IMG/VR virus record: IMGVR_UViG_3300049170_000125
Span: 1 to 31,127 of that record
DNA length: 31,127 nt
Source: a virus
Taxonomy: Duplodnaviria; Caudoviricetes
Reading direction: 5' to 3' (one strand)
In this document: piece by piece, positions 7,474 through 15,466 of the stretch
How positions within the stretch are numbered: the stretch's first letter is position 1
Layout of the letters: each line of letters begins with the position of its first letter
Notes under the pieces: generated by a model
The model's input: only the letters and a program-made list of their open reading frames with translations
What the model was told of the DNA's origin: nothing
Database searches by the model: none
Made by a program: the position numbers and the translations under genes

Positions 7474-8199
7474 TTGAACCAGCCCACCTGGACCATCCAC
7501 CAGGGAGACGCCCTCACCACCCTCCGAACTCTCCCCGCGAACAGCGTGGATGCCGTGATCACCGACCCGCCCTACAACAGCGGCGCGGCCACCATCACGG
7601 CCCGCACGAACAACACCGCCCGCGGCAAGTACGTCAGCGGCAACGCCCAGCACACGCTCCCCGACTTCTCCGGCGAGGCCCGAGACCAGCGCGGCTACCT
7701 CGCCTGGATGACCCTCGTACTCACCGAGTGCCTGCGCCTCGCCCGGCCCGGCACACCACTGCTGCTGTTCAGCGACTACCGCCAGGTCCCCATCAACTCC
7801 GACGCTCTGCAGGCCGCCGGCTGGTCATGGCGCGGCATCGTCCCCTGGCGTAAGCCGATCGCGCGGCCACAGCGGGGCGGGTTCCGCCGCTCCTGCGAGT
7901 ACGCCCTGTGGGGGACCAACGGCCCCATCGACGCCGCCCGCAACCCCGTCTATCTCGACGGCATGGTCACCGGCTCCCAGCCCCGCGGCGCCAAGCGCCT
8001 CCACATCACCCAGAAGCCGCTCGAGGTCATGCGCGAGCTCGTCCGGGTCTGCGCCCCCCAAGGGACTGTCCTCGATCCCTTCACCGGATCCGGGTCCACC
8101 GGAGCCGCAGCCCTCGCAGAGGGACGATCGTTCGTTGGCATCGAACTCTCCCGCGAGTACGCCAAGGTCGCCCGCGACCGGCTGACCACCACTGCGTAG
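7474..8199 (+). CDS. Site-specific DNA methyltransferase (N6-A/N4-C, beta class)
   Basis: GDAL...SVDAVITDPPY, HITQKP, VLDPFTGSGSTG, GIEL motifs; TTG start after GGAG. Confidence 0.93.
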   Translation: MNQPTWTIHQGDALTTLRTLPANSVDAVITDPPYNSGAATITARTNNTARGKYVSGNAQHTLPDFSGEARDQRGYLAWMTLVLTECLRLARPGTPLLLFSDYRQVPINSDALQAAGWSWRGIVPWRKPIARPQRGGFRRSCEYALWGTNGPIDAARNPVYLDGMVTGSQPRGAKRLHITQKPLEVMRELVRVCAPQGTVLDPFTGSGSTGAAALAEGRSFVGIELSREYAKVARDRLTTTA

Positions 8200-8210
8200 C
8201 ATTTCGGGCG

Positions 8211-8352
8211 GCGTGGATAACAGAAATGAACACTCCGGCCCCACAAGCGGGGCATGCTGGGCGAGGCTGGCCCGATGCGCAGACTCACTGCCGTCACCCT
8301 CACGTGGCCGCCGCCCTTGGCCTGGCCGCCTGTGGCACCGCACCTGATCCTG
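8211..8352 (+). pseudogene. Frameshifted duplicate of the lipoprotein gene's upstream region and 5' end
   Basis: Aligns to 8955-9095; ATG at 8275 gives MRRLTAVTLT, then a 1-bp deletion puts AALGLAACGTAP out of frame. Confidence 0.85.
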
Positions 8353-8537
8353 GGCAACCTGCCGGGAGGCTGATAGCGGTTGACGCCCTCACTCGTCCTG
8401 CATGCGGTGCAGGCGGCCGGAAGGGGTGCTGGAGCGACTGGTGCCACCTCGTCCAGATGGAGCGCTGGGGTTGCTGCCGCCGTCCCCTTCGGTCAGCGTC
8501 GGGAGGTGAGCAACCCTGCTCCGATCAGGAGGTATCC

Positions 8538-8747
8538 ATGCGCAACCGCATTCTTGGCGCCGCTGCCCTGGCCGTCACCCTCACGCTCGCCGGAGCCGGC
8601 CCGGCTCTGGCCGACCCCGGCCCGACTGACGCGCCCCTCATCCAGGTGCCCCTGGACCTGGGTGCCCACGTCTGCGGCAACAGCATCCTCGACATCCTCC
8701 CTGTGTTGAGCCCGGTAAATGCGGTCGTCTGCGAGAACGACTCCTGA
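8538..8747 (+). CDS. Short chaplin-family secreted protein (DUF320-like)
   Basis: AGGAGG RBS; Sec signal ending PALA; mature part LIQVPLDLGAHVCGNSI...LSP....VCEND matches the chaplin QVP...VCGN...C-x-N pattern. Confidence 0.8.
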   Translation: MRNRILGAAALAVTLTLAGAGPALADPGPTDAPLIQVPLDLGAHVCGNSILDILPVLSPVNAVVCENDS

Positions 8748-8769
8748 TCGGTCGCCCCGCTGGACCAGC

Positions 8770-8791
8770 GCCCGCCGCGGTGACGGCGGGC
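8770..8791 (+). terminator. Hairpin after chaplin gene
   Basis: GCCCGCCG-cggtga-CGGCGGGC. Confidence 0.4.
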
Positions 8792-9016
8792 ACTCGGCTC
8801 GCCGTCCCGGCCCTGCTCGCGGTCGGCTGGTTGCATGCCGACACCTGTCCTCGCGTCCGACCGCTGAACCAGACGGTCGGGCGCCCTCGGAACTCCGGCT
8901 TGACATTGGGATTGGGAAGTTGTCAGTTGACCACGACCGCGTGAGGCTCCGGGGGCGTGGATCACAGAACGAACACGCCGCCCGCACAAGCAGGGCGCAT
9001 GGGCGAGGCTGGCCTG

Positions 9017-9445
9017 ATGCGCAGACTCACCGCCGTCACCCTCACCGCGGCCGCCGCCCTCGGCCTGGCCGCCTGTGGCACCGCCCCTGAGCCCGACCCC
9101 GCTGCCAAGCCCAGTGCCACTGCGGCCACTCTCAGCCCTGATGCCAAGGCGAGTGCCCGATCGGCCGCCGGCCTCCCGCCCGAGCCTGACGCCGCTACCC
9201 GCACGGCCTACATCGCCGCCCTGAACGCGATCGACAGCGACGTGGTCCACGGCAAGGACGACAAGGCCGTCAGCCGCGGCCTCAACCAGTGCACCAGCAT
9301 CAAGAGCAAGTCCAACGACCGGCCCAAGCTCATCAGCCTCACGAACAGCCGCTTCACGTCCCCCGACCACCCCGACGGCCACGGCCTGGCCAAGGCCGAG
9401 AAGATCCTCGACGTGGTCCACAAGAACCTCTGCCCCGACTTCTGA
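9017..9445 (+). CDS. Lipoprotein (DUF732-like)
   Basis: Signal peptide with LAAC lipobox, Pro/Ala linker, AYIAAL.AID...AVSRG.NQC...LCP domain; no SD sequence, possibly leaderless. Confidence 0.85.
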   Translation: MRRLTAVTLTAAAALGLAACGTAPEPDPAAKPSATAATLSPDAKASARSAAGLPPEPDAATRTAYIAALNAIDSDVVHGKDDKAVSRGLNQCTSIKSKSNDRPKLISLTNSRFTSPDHPDGHGLAKAEKILDVVHKNLCPDF

Positions 9446-9659
9446 GCCACCGTGGACCAGACGCCCAAGACGTACCCCTGCTGCGCGGCCCGCCGTGCGT
9501 GGCCGCGCCCGGTAGGGGTGGAAGTACACGACGGCCGTCAGGGCCAGGAGCCGGCGGCGCAGCATGGTCGTACGGGCGGCGCCGGGGCGGGCGAGCTCGG
9601 CGTAGACCGCGGCCCCAGGATCGCTGGGCGGTGACGAGGTCTTCGTCATCGAGGGTTGG
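9446..9659 (-). pseudogene. Relic of a small Streptomyces hypothetical-protein family
   Basis: Minus strand reads DEDLVTAQRSW, then after an extra G (CCCC at 9613-9616 on +) AAVYAELARPGAARTTMLRRRLLALTAVVYFHPY; family recognised from memory only. Confidence 0.5.
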
Positions 9660-9718
9660 CTATCGGCCTGGACTGCAGTGGTGCCTTTCGTCGCCGCTGC
9701 GGTCCGGGCCGATCACCC

Positions 9719-9940
9719 TTACGAGTTGCTGGGGCTGCCGAGGAGACGGATTTCGCCCGTGCACTGGTAGGGGTTGGGGGTACCGGGGCCAACGTGGATC
9801 AGAGCGACGATTGACTGAATGCTGGACGAGACCACCACCCCCTGACACGGCTCGGCAGCGGGTGCCGCCCAGGCTGCCGCCGGTGTGACGGCGAGCAGGG
9901 CAAAGGCGGCGCAGACGGTCACTGCGGTTTGGCGGATCAT
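9719..9940 (-). CDS. Small secreted two-cysteine protein
   Basis: AGGAG RBS on the minus strand; Sec signal ending AWA; ~48-aa mature part with 2 Cys; TAA stop. Confidence 0.7.
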   Translation of the reverse strand: MIRQTAVTVCAAFALLAVTPAAAWAAPAAEPCQGVVVSSSIQSIVALIHVGPGTPNPYQCTGEIRLLGSPSNS

Positions 9941-10264
9941 GATCGCTCCTGCTGTTGAGGGTTACTGCTGTGCGCCTGCTGATCACTTCCCGCCCGATGG
10001 AGCGTCGTGATGTCCTTCGCGCGGATTCGCTACAACAGGTGACACCACGCTCGGTGGCTGCGTCGGTGACTCAGAAGCCACCGCCCCCCCTCACCGACCC
10101 GCCCCACCATCAGGGACCCCGGCTGCTACGGCAGCCTCTGTGAAGGCTCCGACTACACGCCGTACGACGACTTCCGCTGACCACCCCTGAGCCCGGCTTG
10201 CACCACGCAGCCCGGGCTCACACATGCACAGAGAGCGCCCCGGCGCCCCATGGAGGTGCCCAGA

Positions 10265-10630
10265 GTGCCCGTGCGAGCACCACGACGCTGCACAACACCC
10301 GGCTGCGCCGCGATGGCCGCCCCCCCTGCCTCCAAGTGCGCTGCCCACGACAAGCGCCGGCCCCGTCGGTCGGCCTCGTCCAAGGGATACGGACGGGAGC
10401 ACGAGCAGCGGTTCCGCGCCGGGGTCCTCGAGCGGGACCGCATGTGCGTGGTCTGCAGGCAGGCCGAGGCCACCCAGGCCGACCACTGGCCGCTGTCCAA
10501 GCGCGAGCTGCAGGCCCGCGGCCTGGACGAACACGACCCCCGGCGCGGCCGCGGCCTGTGCGCCTCATGCCACTCCCGGGAGACCGCCCGGCACCAGCCA
10601 GGAGGCTGGAACGCCGGTCCTCGCTACTGA
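10265..10630 (+). CDS. HNH endonuclease (packaging-associated)
   Basis: GGAGG RBS then GTG; KGYG..H...R..VLERD..CVVC...ADH...LCASCHSRET, immediately upstream of TerS. Confidence 0.9.
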   Translation: MPVRAPRRCTTPGCAAMAAPPASKCAAHDKRRPRRSASSKGYGREHEQRFRAGVLERDRMCVVCRQAEATQADHWPLSKRELQARGLDEHDPRRGRGLCASCHSRETARHQPGGWNAGPRY

Positions 10631-10720
10631 TCGTGAGGGGGAGGGGCCCTCGAATCCCTGGCCCGGGGACCCGCGGAACGCGGGGGGGAGCCCAGTCACG
10701 CTCTGACAGGTTTCCGGATC
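10631..10720. other. Probable cos packaging region
   Basis: G-rich non-coding gap between HNH and TerS, the usual position in HK97-type cos phages; cut site not determinable. Confidence 0.45.
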
Positions 10721-10767
10721 CGCCGTACCGGGCCGCTCGCCGTAACCGAATGTGACCGGAGGTGATC

Positions 10768-11250
10768 ATGGGAAGGCGTGGACCCGCCCCCAAGCCGACC
10801 GCGCTGCGCGTCCTGCACGGCGACCGGAAGGACCGCATCAACACCGGCGAGCCGCACCCCGACGAGGGCGAGATCACCCCGCCCGACTGGCTGAGCAACG
10901 AGGCCCTCGAGGTGTGGGAGACCCTGGCCGACGAGCTCACCGCCAAGGGCGTACTCACCGCGTGGGACGTCGAGGCGTACGCGAACTGGTGCGACGCGGT
11001 CGCTCGCCGGCGGAAGGCCGCCGAGCACGTCGCCCAGGAGGGCGCCGTCGTCGAGCACCCCGTCTACAACAAGAACGGCGACGTCACCGGGACCCGGATG
11101 GGGAAGAACGCCTGGCTCCTGGCGCTGGATGCGGCCGACGCGCAGGTGCAGCGGTACGGCGCCCGCTTCGGCCTGACCCCGAGTGACCGCGCACAGCTGA
11201 AGATCGGCGGCCAGACCGACCCGGCCGGAGCGGAGCGGCTGCTGTCCTGA
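10768..11250 (+). CDS. terS: Terminase small subunit, P27 family
   Basis: MGRRGPAPKPTALRVLHG...PPDWLS..A...W...FGLTPSDR. Confidence 0.93.
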   Translation: MGRRGPAPKPTALRVLHGDRKDRINTGEPHPDEGEITPPDWLSNEALEVWETLADELTAKGVLTAWDVEAYANWCDAVARRRKAAEHVAQEGAVVEHPVYNKNGDVTGTRMGKNAWLLALDAADAQVQRYGARFGLTPSDRAQLKIGGQTDPAGAERLLS

Positions 11251-11266
11251 CCGTACGGAGGGCGCG

Positions 11267-13078
11267 ATGACCGCCGGGACCACGACCCGCCGCCCGGCAC
11301 AGAGCAAGGCGGCCACCCGCCCGCGCGGCCGCCGCCGGGTGACGACGTTCAACCACCACAAGCGGTGGCGGCCGGCCTCCCGCAAGGGCGGTGTCTGCGG
11401 GTACACCCTCGACGGCAAGACGTGCACTCGCCGCGGCGCGCACTACTGCGAGCCGCGCGCGGACCGCGTCGTGGCGTTCTTCGCCGAGCTCCTCGTCCAC
11501 CCCGCCGGCGCGCTCGCCAACACCCGCTTCGTCCTGGCTCCGTGGCAGGAACACGAGATCATCCGGCCGCTGTTCGGCGAGGTGCACTGGTCGGACCAGT
11601 GGGGCCGCTACGTACGGCGCTACACCCGCGCCACGATCGTCATGGCGCGCAAGAACGGCAAGAGCGCGCTGCTGTCCGGGATCGCGCTGTACATGCTGTG
11701 CGGCGACGGCGAGGAGTCCGCCGAGATCTACGGCGCGGCGGCCACCACCCGCCAGGCGGGCAAGGTCTTCGAGCCGTGCACCAAGATGGTCCGCAAGTCG
11801 CCGATCCTGGCGAAGCGGCTCACGCACCTGAAGAACGTACGGCGCCTGGTCGACGAGCGCACCGGATCCCATTACGAGGTCATCCCGGCCGACGCCGACA
11901 ATGAGCTCGGCCACTCGCCGCATTGCTTCATCCTCGACGAGGTCCTCTCCCAGCCGGACGACTCGCTGTGGAAGGCGATGCGTACGGCCGCCGGCGCCCG
12001 CACCCAAGCCCTGATGCTGGCCATCACGACCGAGACCAACCAGCACGTCTCGTTCGGCGCCGACTTCATCGACGAGGCCGACCGTGTGGCGGAGCAGCCG
12101 CAGCGCGCCCCGCACCACTTCGTGTTCGTCCGCAAGGCACCGCGGACACAGGACGAGCTGGACCGGCTTCACCGGCTGTTCCCGGGCCGCCCTGACCTGC
12201 CGGTGTCCATCGACCCGTGGGACGAGAACAACTGGTACTGGCCCAACCCCGCGCTCGGCACGTTCCTCGGTATCCAGTCGCTGCGTGAGGAGGCCGAGGA
12301 GGCCCGCACCAACTACAAGGCCGAGAACGGGTTCCGCCAGTTCCGGCTCAACCAGCGCGTCTCGCAGGTCTCGCGCTGGATCCCCATGGATCTGTGGGAC
12401 ATGAACGCCCGCAAGATCGCCCCCAACCCGGGGTGGATCGCCGGCCGCCTCGAGGGCCAGCGCTGCTGGGGCGGCCTGGACCTCTCGTCCAAGCTCGACC
12501 TCACCTCGTGGGCGCTCTACTTCCCGACGGGCGAGGTCCTGTGGCGCATGTGGGCGCCGGAGTCCGTGGCCGACATCCTCGACGAGCACACCGACGGGAA
12601 GTTCTCCGAGTGGGCGGCCGAGGGCTGGGTCACGCTCACCGACGGCGACACGATCGACTACGACACGATCTACGACGACATCGAGACCGACCACCAGCTG
12701 TACCGGATCGTCGACGTCACCTACGACAAGTGGTGTGGTGAGCCCGTACGGCAGGAGATCGTCAAGCGGACCCGGCTGAAGATGGTCGAGTCCGACACCA
12801 CGTACACCCGCATGACGCCGCCCATGGCCGAGCTCATGCGGGCGCTGAAGGCTCGCGAGCTCGCGCACTTCGGGAACCCGGTGGCGTGGTGGATGGCCGA
12901 CAACCTCGAGTGCAAGTCCCCTCGGGACGACCCCGACCGCATCCGTCCCGTGAAGCCCGCCCGCGACAAGACCGGCAAGCGGATCGACGGCATCCCCGCC
13001 CTGCTGTTCGCCATCGACGGAGGCATGCGCGGCATGCCCGCCCCGTCCGTCTACGAGTCCCGGGGCATGGCCCTGTAA
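11267..13078 (+). CDS. terL: Terminase large subunit
   Basis: Walker A ARKNGKS, Walker B FILDE, nuclease GLDLSSKLDLT and KRIDG motifs. Confidence 0.97.
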   Translation: MTAGTTTRRPAQSKAATRPRGRRRVTTFNHHKRWRPASRKGGVCGYTLDGKTCTRRGAHYCEPRADRVVAFFAELLVHPAGALANTRFVLAPWQEHEIIRPLFGEVHWSDQWGRYVRRYTRATIVMARKNGKSALLSGIALYMLCGDGEESAEIYGAAATTRQAGKVFEPCTKMVRKSPILAKRLTHLKNVRRLVDERTGSHYEVIPADADNELGHSPHCFILDEVLSQPDDSLWKAMRTAAGARTQALMLAITTETNQHVSFGADFIDEADRVAEQPQRAPHHFVFVRKAPRTQDELDRLHRLFPGRPDLPVSIDPWDENNWYWPNPALGTFLGIQSLREEAEEARTNYKAENGFRQFRLNQRVSQVSRWIPMDLWDMNARKIAPNPGWIAGRLEGQRCWGGLDLSSKLDLTSWALYFPTGEVLWRMWAPESVADILDEHTDGKFSEWAAEGWVTLTDGDTIDYDTIYDDIETDHQLYRIVDVTYDKWCGEPVRQEIVKRTRLKMVESDTTYTRMTPPMAELMRALKARELAHFGNPVAWWMADNLECKSPRDDPDRIRPVKPARDKTGKRIDGIPALLFAIDGGMRGMPAPSVYESRGMAL

Positions 13079-13096
13079 CCCCCGAAGGAGGCCCCG

Positions 13097-13279
13097 TTGG
13101 ATCGCTGGGATGCCCTCGCCCTGCTCGGCATCGCAGGCCTCGGCGCAGGCCTCGGAATGCTCGCCCCCTGGCTCGGCGTCGCCGTGGCCGGCCTCGTGCT
13201 CCTGGTCGTCGGCATCGCCGGCGCGCTCTCCGAGGCCCGCACCGCCTGCACGTCTGACCAGCTGCAGAGGAGGGACTGA
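13097..13279 (+). CDS. Small two-TM membrane protein before portal
   Basis: AAGGAGG RBS, TTG start, two hydrophobic stretches. Confidence 0.75.
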   Translation: MDRWDALALLGIAGLGAGLGMLAPWLGVAVAGLVLLVVGIAGALSEARTACTSDQLQRRD

Positions 13280-13281
13280 CT

Positions 13282-15285
13282 GTGGGACTCCTGCGCAGCG
13301 CACTGTCCGGTATCGCCACCCCGGAGAAGTGGGTGGAGGACTGGATCCGCGGCACGTCGGTCAACTCGGCCGGGATCCGCGTGGACCAGGAAACGGCCCT
13401 GACCTACAGCCCCTTCTTCGCCGGCGTCCGGGTCCTGTCGGAGGATGTCGCCGGTCTGCCGCTGTTCCTCTACGAGCGGCTCAAGCCGCGCGGCAAGCAG
13501 CGCGCCACCAGCCACCCGCTGTACACCCTGCTGCACGACCAGCCCAACAACATGATGAGCGCCGCGTGGCTGAAGGAAACGCTCATGGGCCACGCGATCA
13601 CGTGGGGCAACGGCGTCGCGCACGTCGTGACGCATCCCCGTACTGGAGTCATCGAGGAGATCTGGCCCCTGCGCCCGGACCGGCTCACCATCGGCGTCAA
13701 GCGCACCGGGCCGGGCAGGTTCGAACGGCGCTACAAGTACGACGACGACGTCAACGGCATCCACACCGTGCTCCTGCCGCACGAGGTCCTGCACATCTCC
13801 GGCCTCGGCTTCGACGGCGTGCAGGGCTACCCCGTCGTCGACCTGGCCGCCAACGCCATCGGCCTCGGCCTGGCCACCGAACACCACGGCGCCAAGGTGT
13901 TCTCCAACGGCGCCGCCCCCGGCGGAGCTCTCTCCCACCCGGGCAACCTCTCCCCCGAGGCCCGGCGCCGCATGGCGGACGACTGGGAGAACATCCACCG
14001 CGGCATCGACCGCGCGCACCGCGTGGCGATCCTCGAGGAAGGCGTCAGCTTCCAGCAGGTCGGCTTGCCCAACGACAGCGCCCAGTTCCTGGAGACCCGC
14101 AAGCTGCAGGTCACCGAAATGGCCCGGTGGCTGCGCCTGCCACCCCACAAGATCGGCGACCTGGACCGGGCGACGTTCTCCAACATCGAACAGCAGCAGC
14201 TCGACTACGTGACCAGCGCGCTGAACGTCTGGCTCGTGCGCTGGGAGCAGGCGGTCCTCACCCAGCTGCTCCTCCCGGAGGAGCGTCAGCGGTACTACGC
14301 CGAGTTCCTCGTCGACTCCCTGCTGCGCGGCGACACCCTCACCCGCTACCAGGCCTACGCCGTGGGACGGCAGTGGGGCTGGCTGTCCGCCAACGACGTC
14401 CGCGACCGGGAGAACATGAACCCGGTCGACGGCGGCGACGACTACCTCGTACCGCTCAACATGGTGCCCGCCGGCCGCAGCGCTCGCACCATCGAGACGG
14501 CCGCCGTGCAGGCCGAGCGCAGGGCGCGGCTGCTCGCCGGACGGCACACGGTGCGGGAATCGCTGGCCGAGCAATGGGGCAAGAAGATCGAGGCGTCGGA
14601 CCAGGAGGTCGCCGACCTGGAGGCCGAGAAGGTCGGCGCCCTGGTGCACAAGCACCTCGCCCCCGAGCGCGGCCGGCGCTCGCTGGCCGCGTTCCTGACC
14701 GCGCTACGCCTCCTGTATGCCGAGGACGGCCCGATCATGGAGCGGCTCGCCGAGCTGTGGGTGCCGCTCATGACCGCCTTCGCCGACGACGTCGCCCAGG
14801 CGGCCGCCGAGGAAGTGGCCTACGAGGAGACCGTGGACCTGTCGGTGTGGGCGAGCGCCTATGCCCTGTCGCACGCCGCCTATCAGGTTTCCTCGTCGTA
14901 CGGCCAGCTGCGCGCCGTGGTCGACAAGACGGAGGGCACGCCAGAGGACATCGCCTCGGCGATCGTCGAGCGGCTGACCAAGTGGCAGGAGGACCGGCCC
15001 GCGCAGACCGCCCGGTGGGAGTCCTCCCAGCTGCCGAACGCCGCCGCCCGCGAGACCTGGAAAGAGGCCGGCGTCAGCAAGGTGCAGTGGGTGGCGCGCG
15101 GGTCCAAGAACTGCCCGTACTGCCAGCGCCTGGACGGGGCGGTCCGTGAGATCGAGGCGCCGTTCGTCGCCAAGGGCGACGAGGTCGAAGGCGACGGCGA
15201 CGAGACGCTGACCGCCAAGCGCGACACCTTCCACCCCCCGGTCCACCCGGGCTGCAACTGCGAGGTGATCCCCGTTGTCGAGTGA
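13282..15285 (+). CDS. HK97-family portal protein with C-terminal MuF-like domain
   Basis: DSAQFLETRK...PPHKIG...FSNIEQQ...NDVRDREN portal motifs in the first ~395 aa; C-terminal W....CPYC..LDG...HPPVHPGCNC. Confidence 0.92.
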   Translation: MGLLRSALSGIATPEKWVEDWIRGTSVNSAGIRVDQETALTYSPFFAGVRVLSEDVAGLPLFLYERLKPRGKQRATSHPLYTLLHDQPNNMMSAAWLKETLMGHAITWGNGVAHVVTHPRTGVIEEIWPLRPDRLTIGVKRTGPGRFERRYKYDDDVNGIHTVLLPHEVLHISGLGFDGVQGYPVVDLAANAIGLGLATEHHGAKVFSNGAAPGGALSHPGNLSPEARRRMADDWENIHRGIDRAHRVAILEEGVSFQQVGLPNDSAQFLETRKLQVTEMARWLRLPPHKIGDLDRATFSNIEQQQLDYVTSALNVWLVRWEQAVLTQLLLPEERQRYYAEFLVDSLLRGDTLTRYQAYAVGRQWGWLSANDVRDRENMNPVDGGDDYLVPLNMVPAGRSARTIETAAVQAERRARLLAGRHTVRESLAEQWGKKIEASDQEVADLEAEKVGALVHKHLAPERGRRSLAAFLTALRLLYAEDGPIMERLAELWVPLMTAFADDVAQAAAEEVAYEETVDLSVWASAYALSHAAYQVSSSYGQLRAVVDKTEGTPEDIASAIVERLTKWQEDRPAQTARWESSQLPNAAARETWKEAGVSKVQWVARGSKNCPYCQRLDGAVREIEAPFVAKGDEVEGDGDETLTAKRDTFHPPVHPGCNCEVIPVVE

Positions 15286-15466
15286 CCAGCGCATCGAGGA
15301 AGGCCGCTGCACCGCCTGCGACCGGGCGGCCGAGCGCGGCCCGTCCGGGGCGTGGTGGCACACCGGCACGTCCTGCGGCATGACCGCCCCGCGCGCCGAG
15401 TTCAGGCCGCGGCAACAGACCAGCCCGCGTGACCGACAGGTCCGCGAACCGAGGAGGGACCGATGA
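15275..15466 (+). CDS. Small Cys/His protein
   Basis: TTG start after GAGG; overlaps portal end and protease ATG; CTAC...WWH...C. Confidence 0.5.
   Translation: MSSDQRIEEGRCTACDRAAERGPSGAWWHTGTSCGMTAPRAEFRPRQQTSPRDRQVREPRRDR

Noticed and set aside
7908-8747. 279-aa ORF as a single protein
   Set aside because: It strings together an MTase off-frame, the duplicated signal-peptide relic and the chaplin; the real start is ATG 8538 with AGGAGG.
8525-9649. 374-aa minus-strand ORF
   Set aside because: Only the first ~65 codons resemble a gene relic; the rest is antisense to the lipoprotein and chaplin.
14470-15285. MuF polymorphic toxin
   Set aside because: The protein ends a few residues after the HPGCNC motif, leaving no room for a toxin domain.
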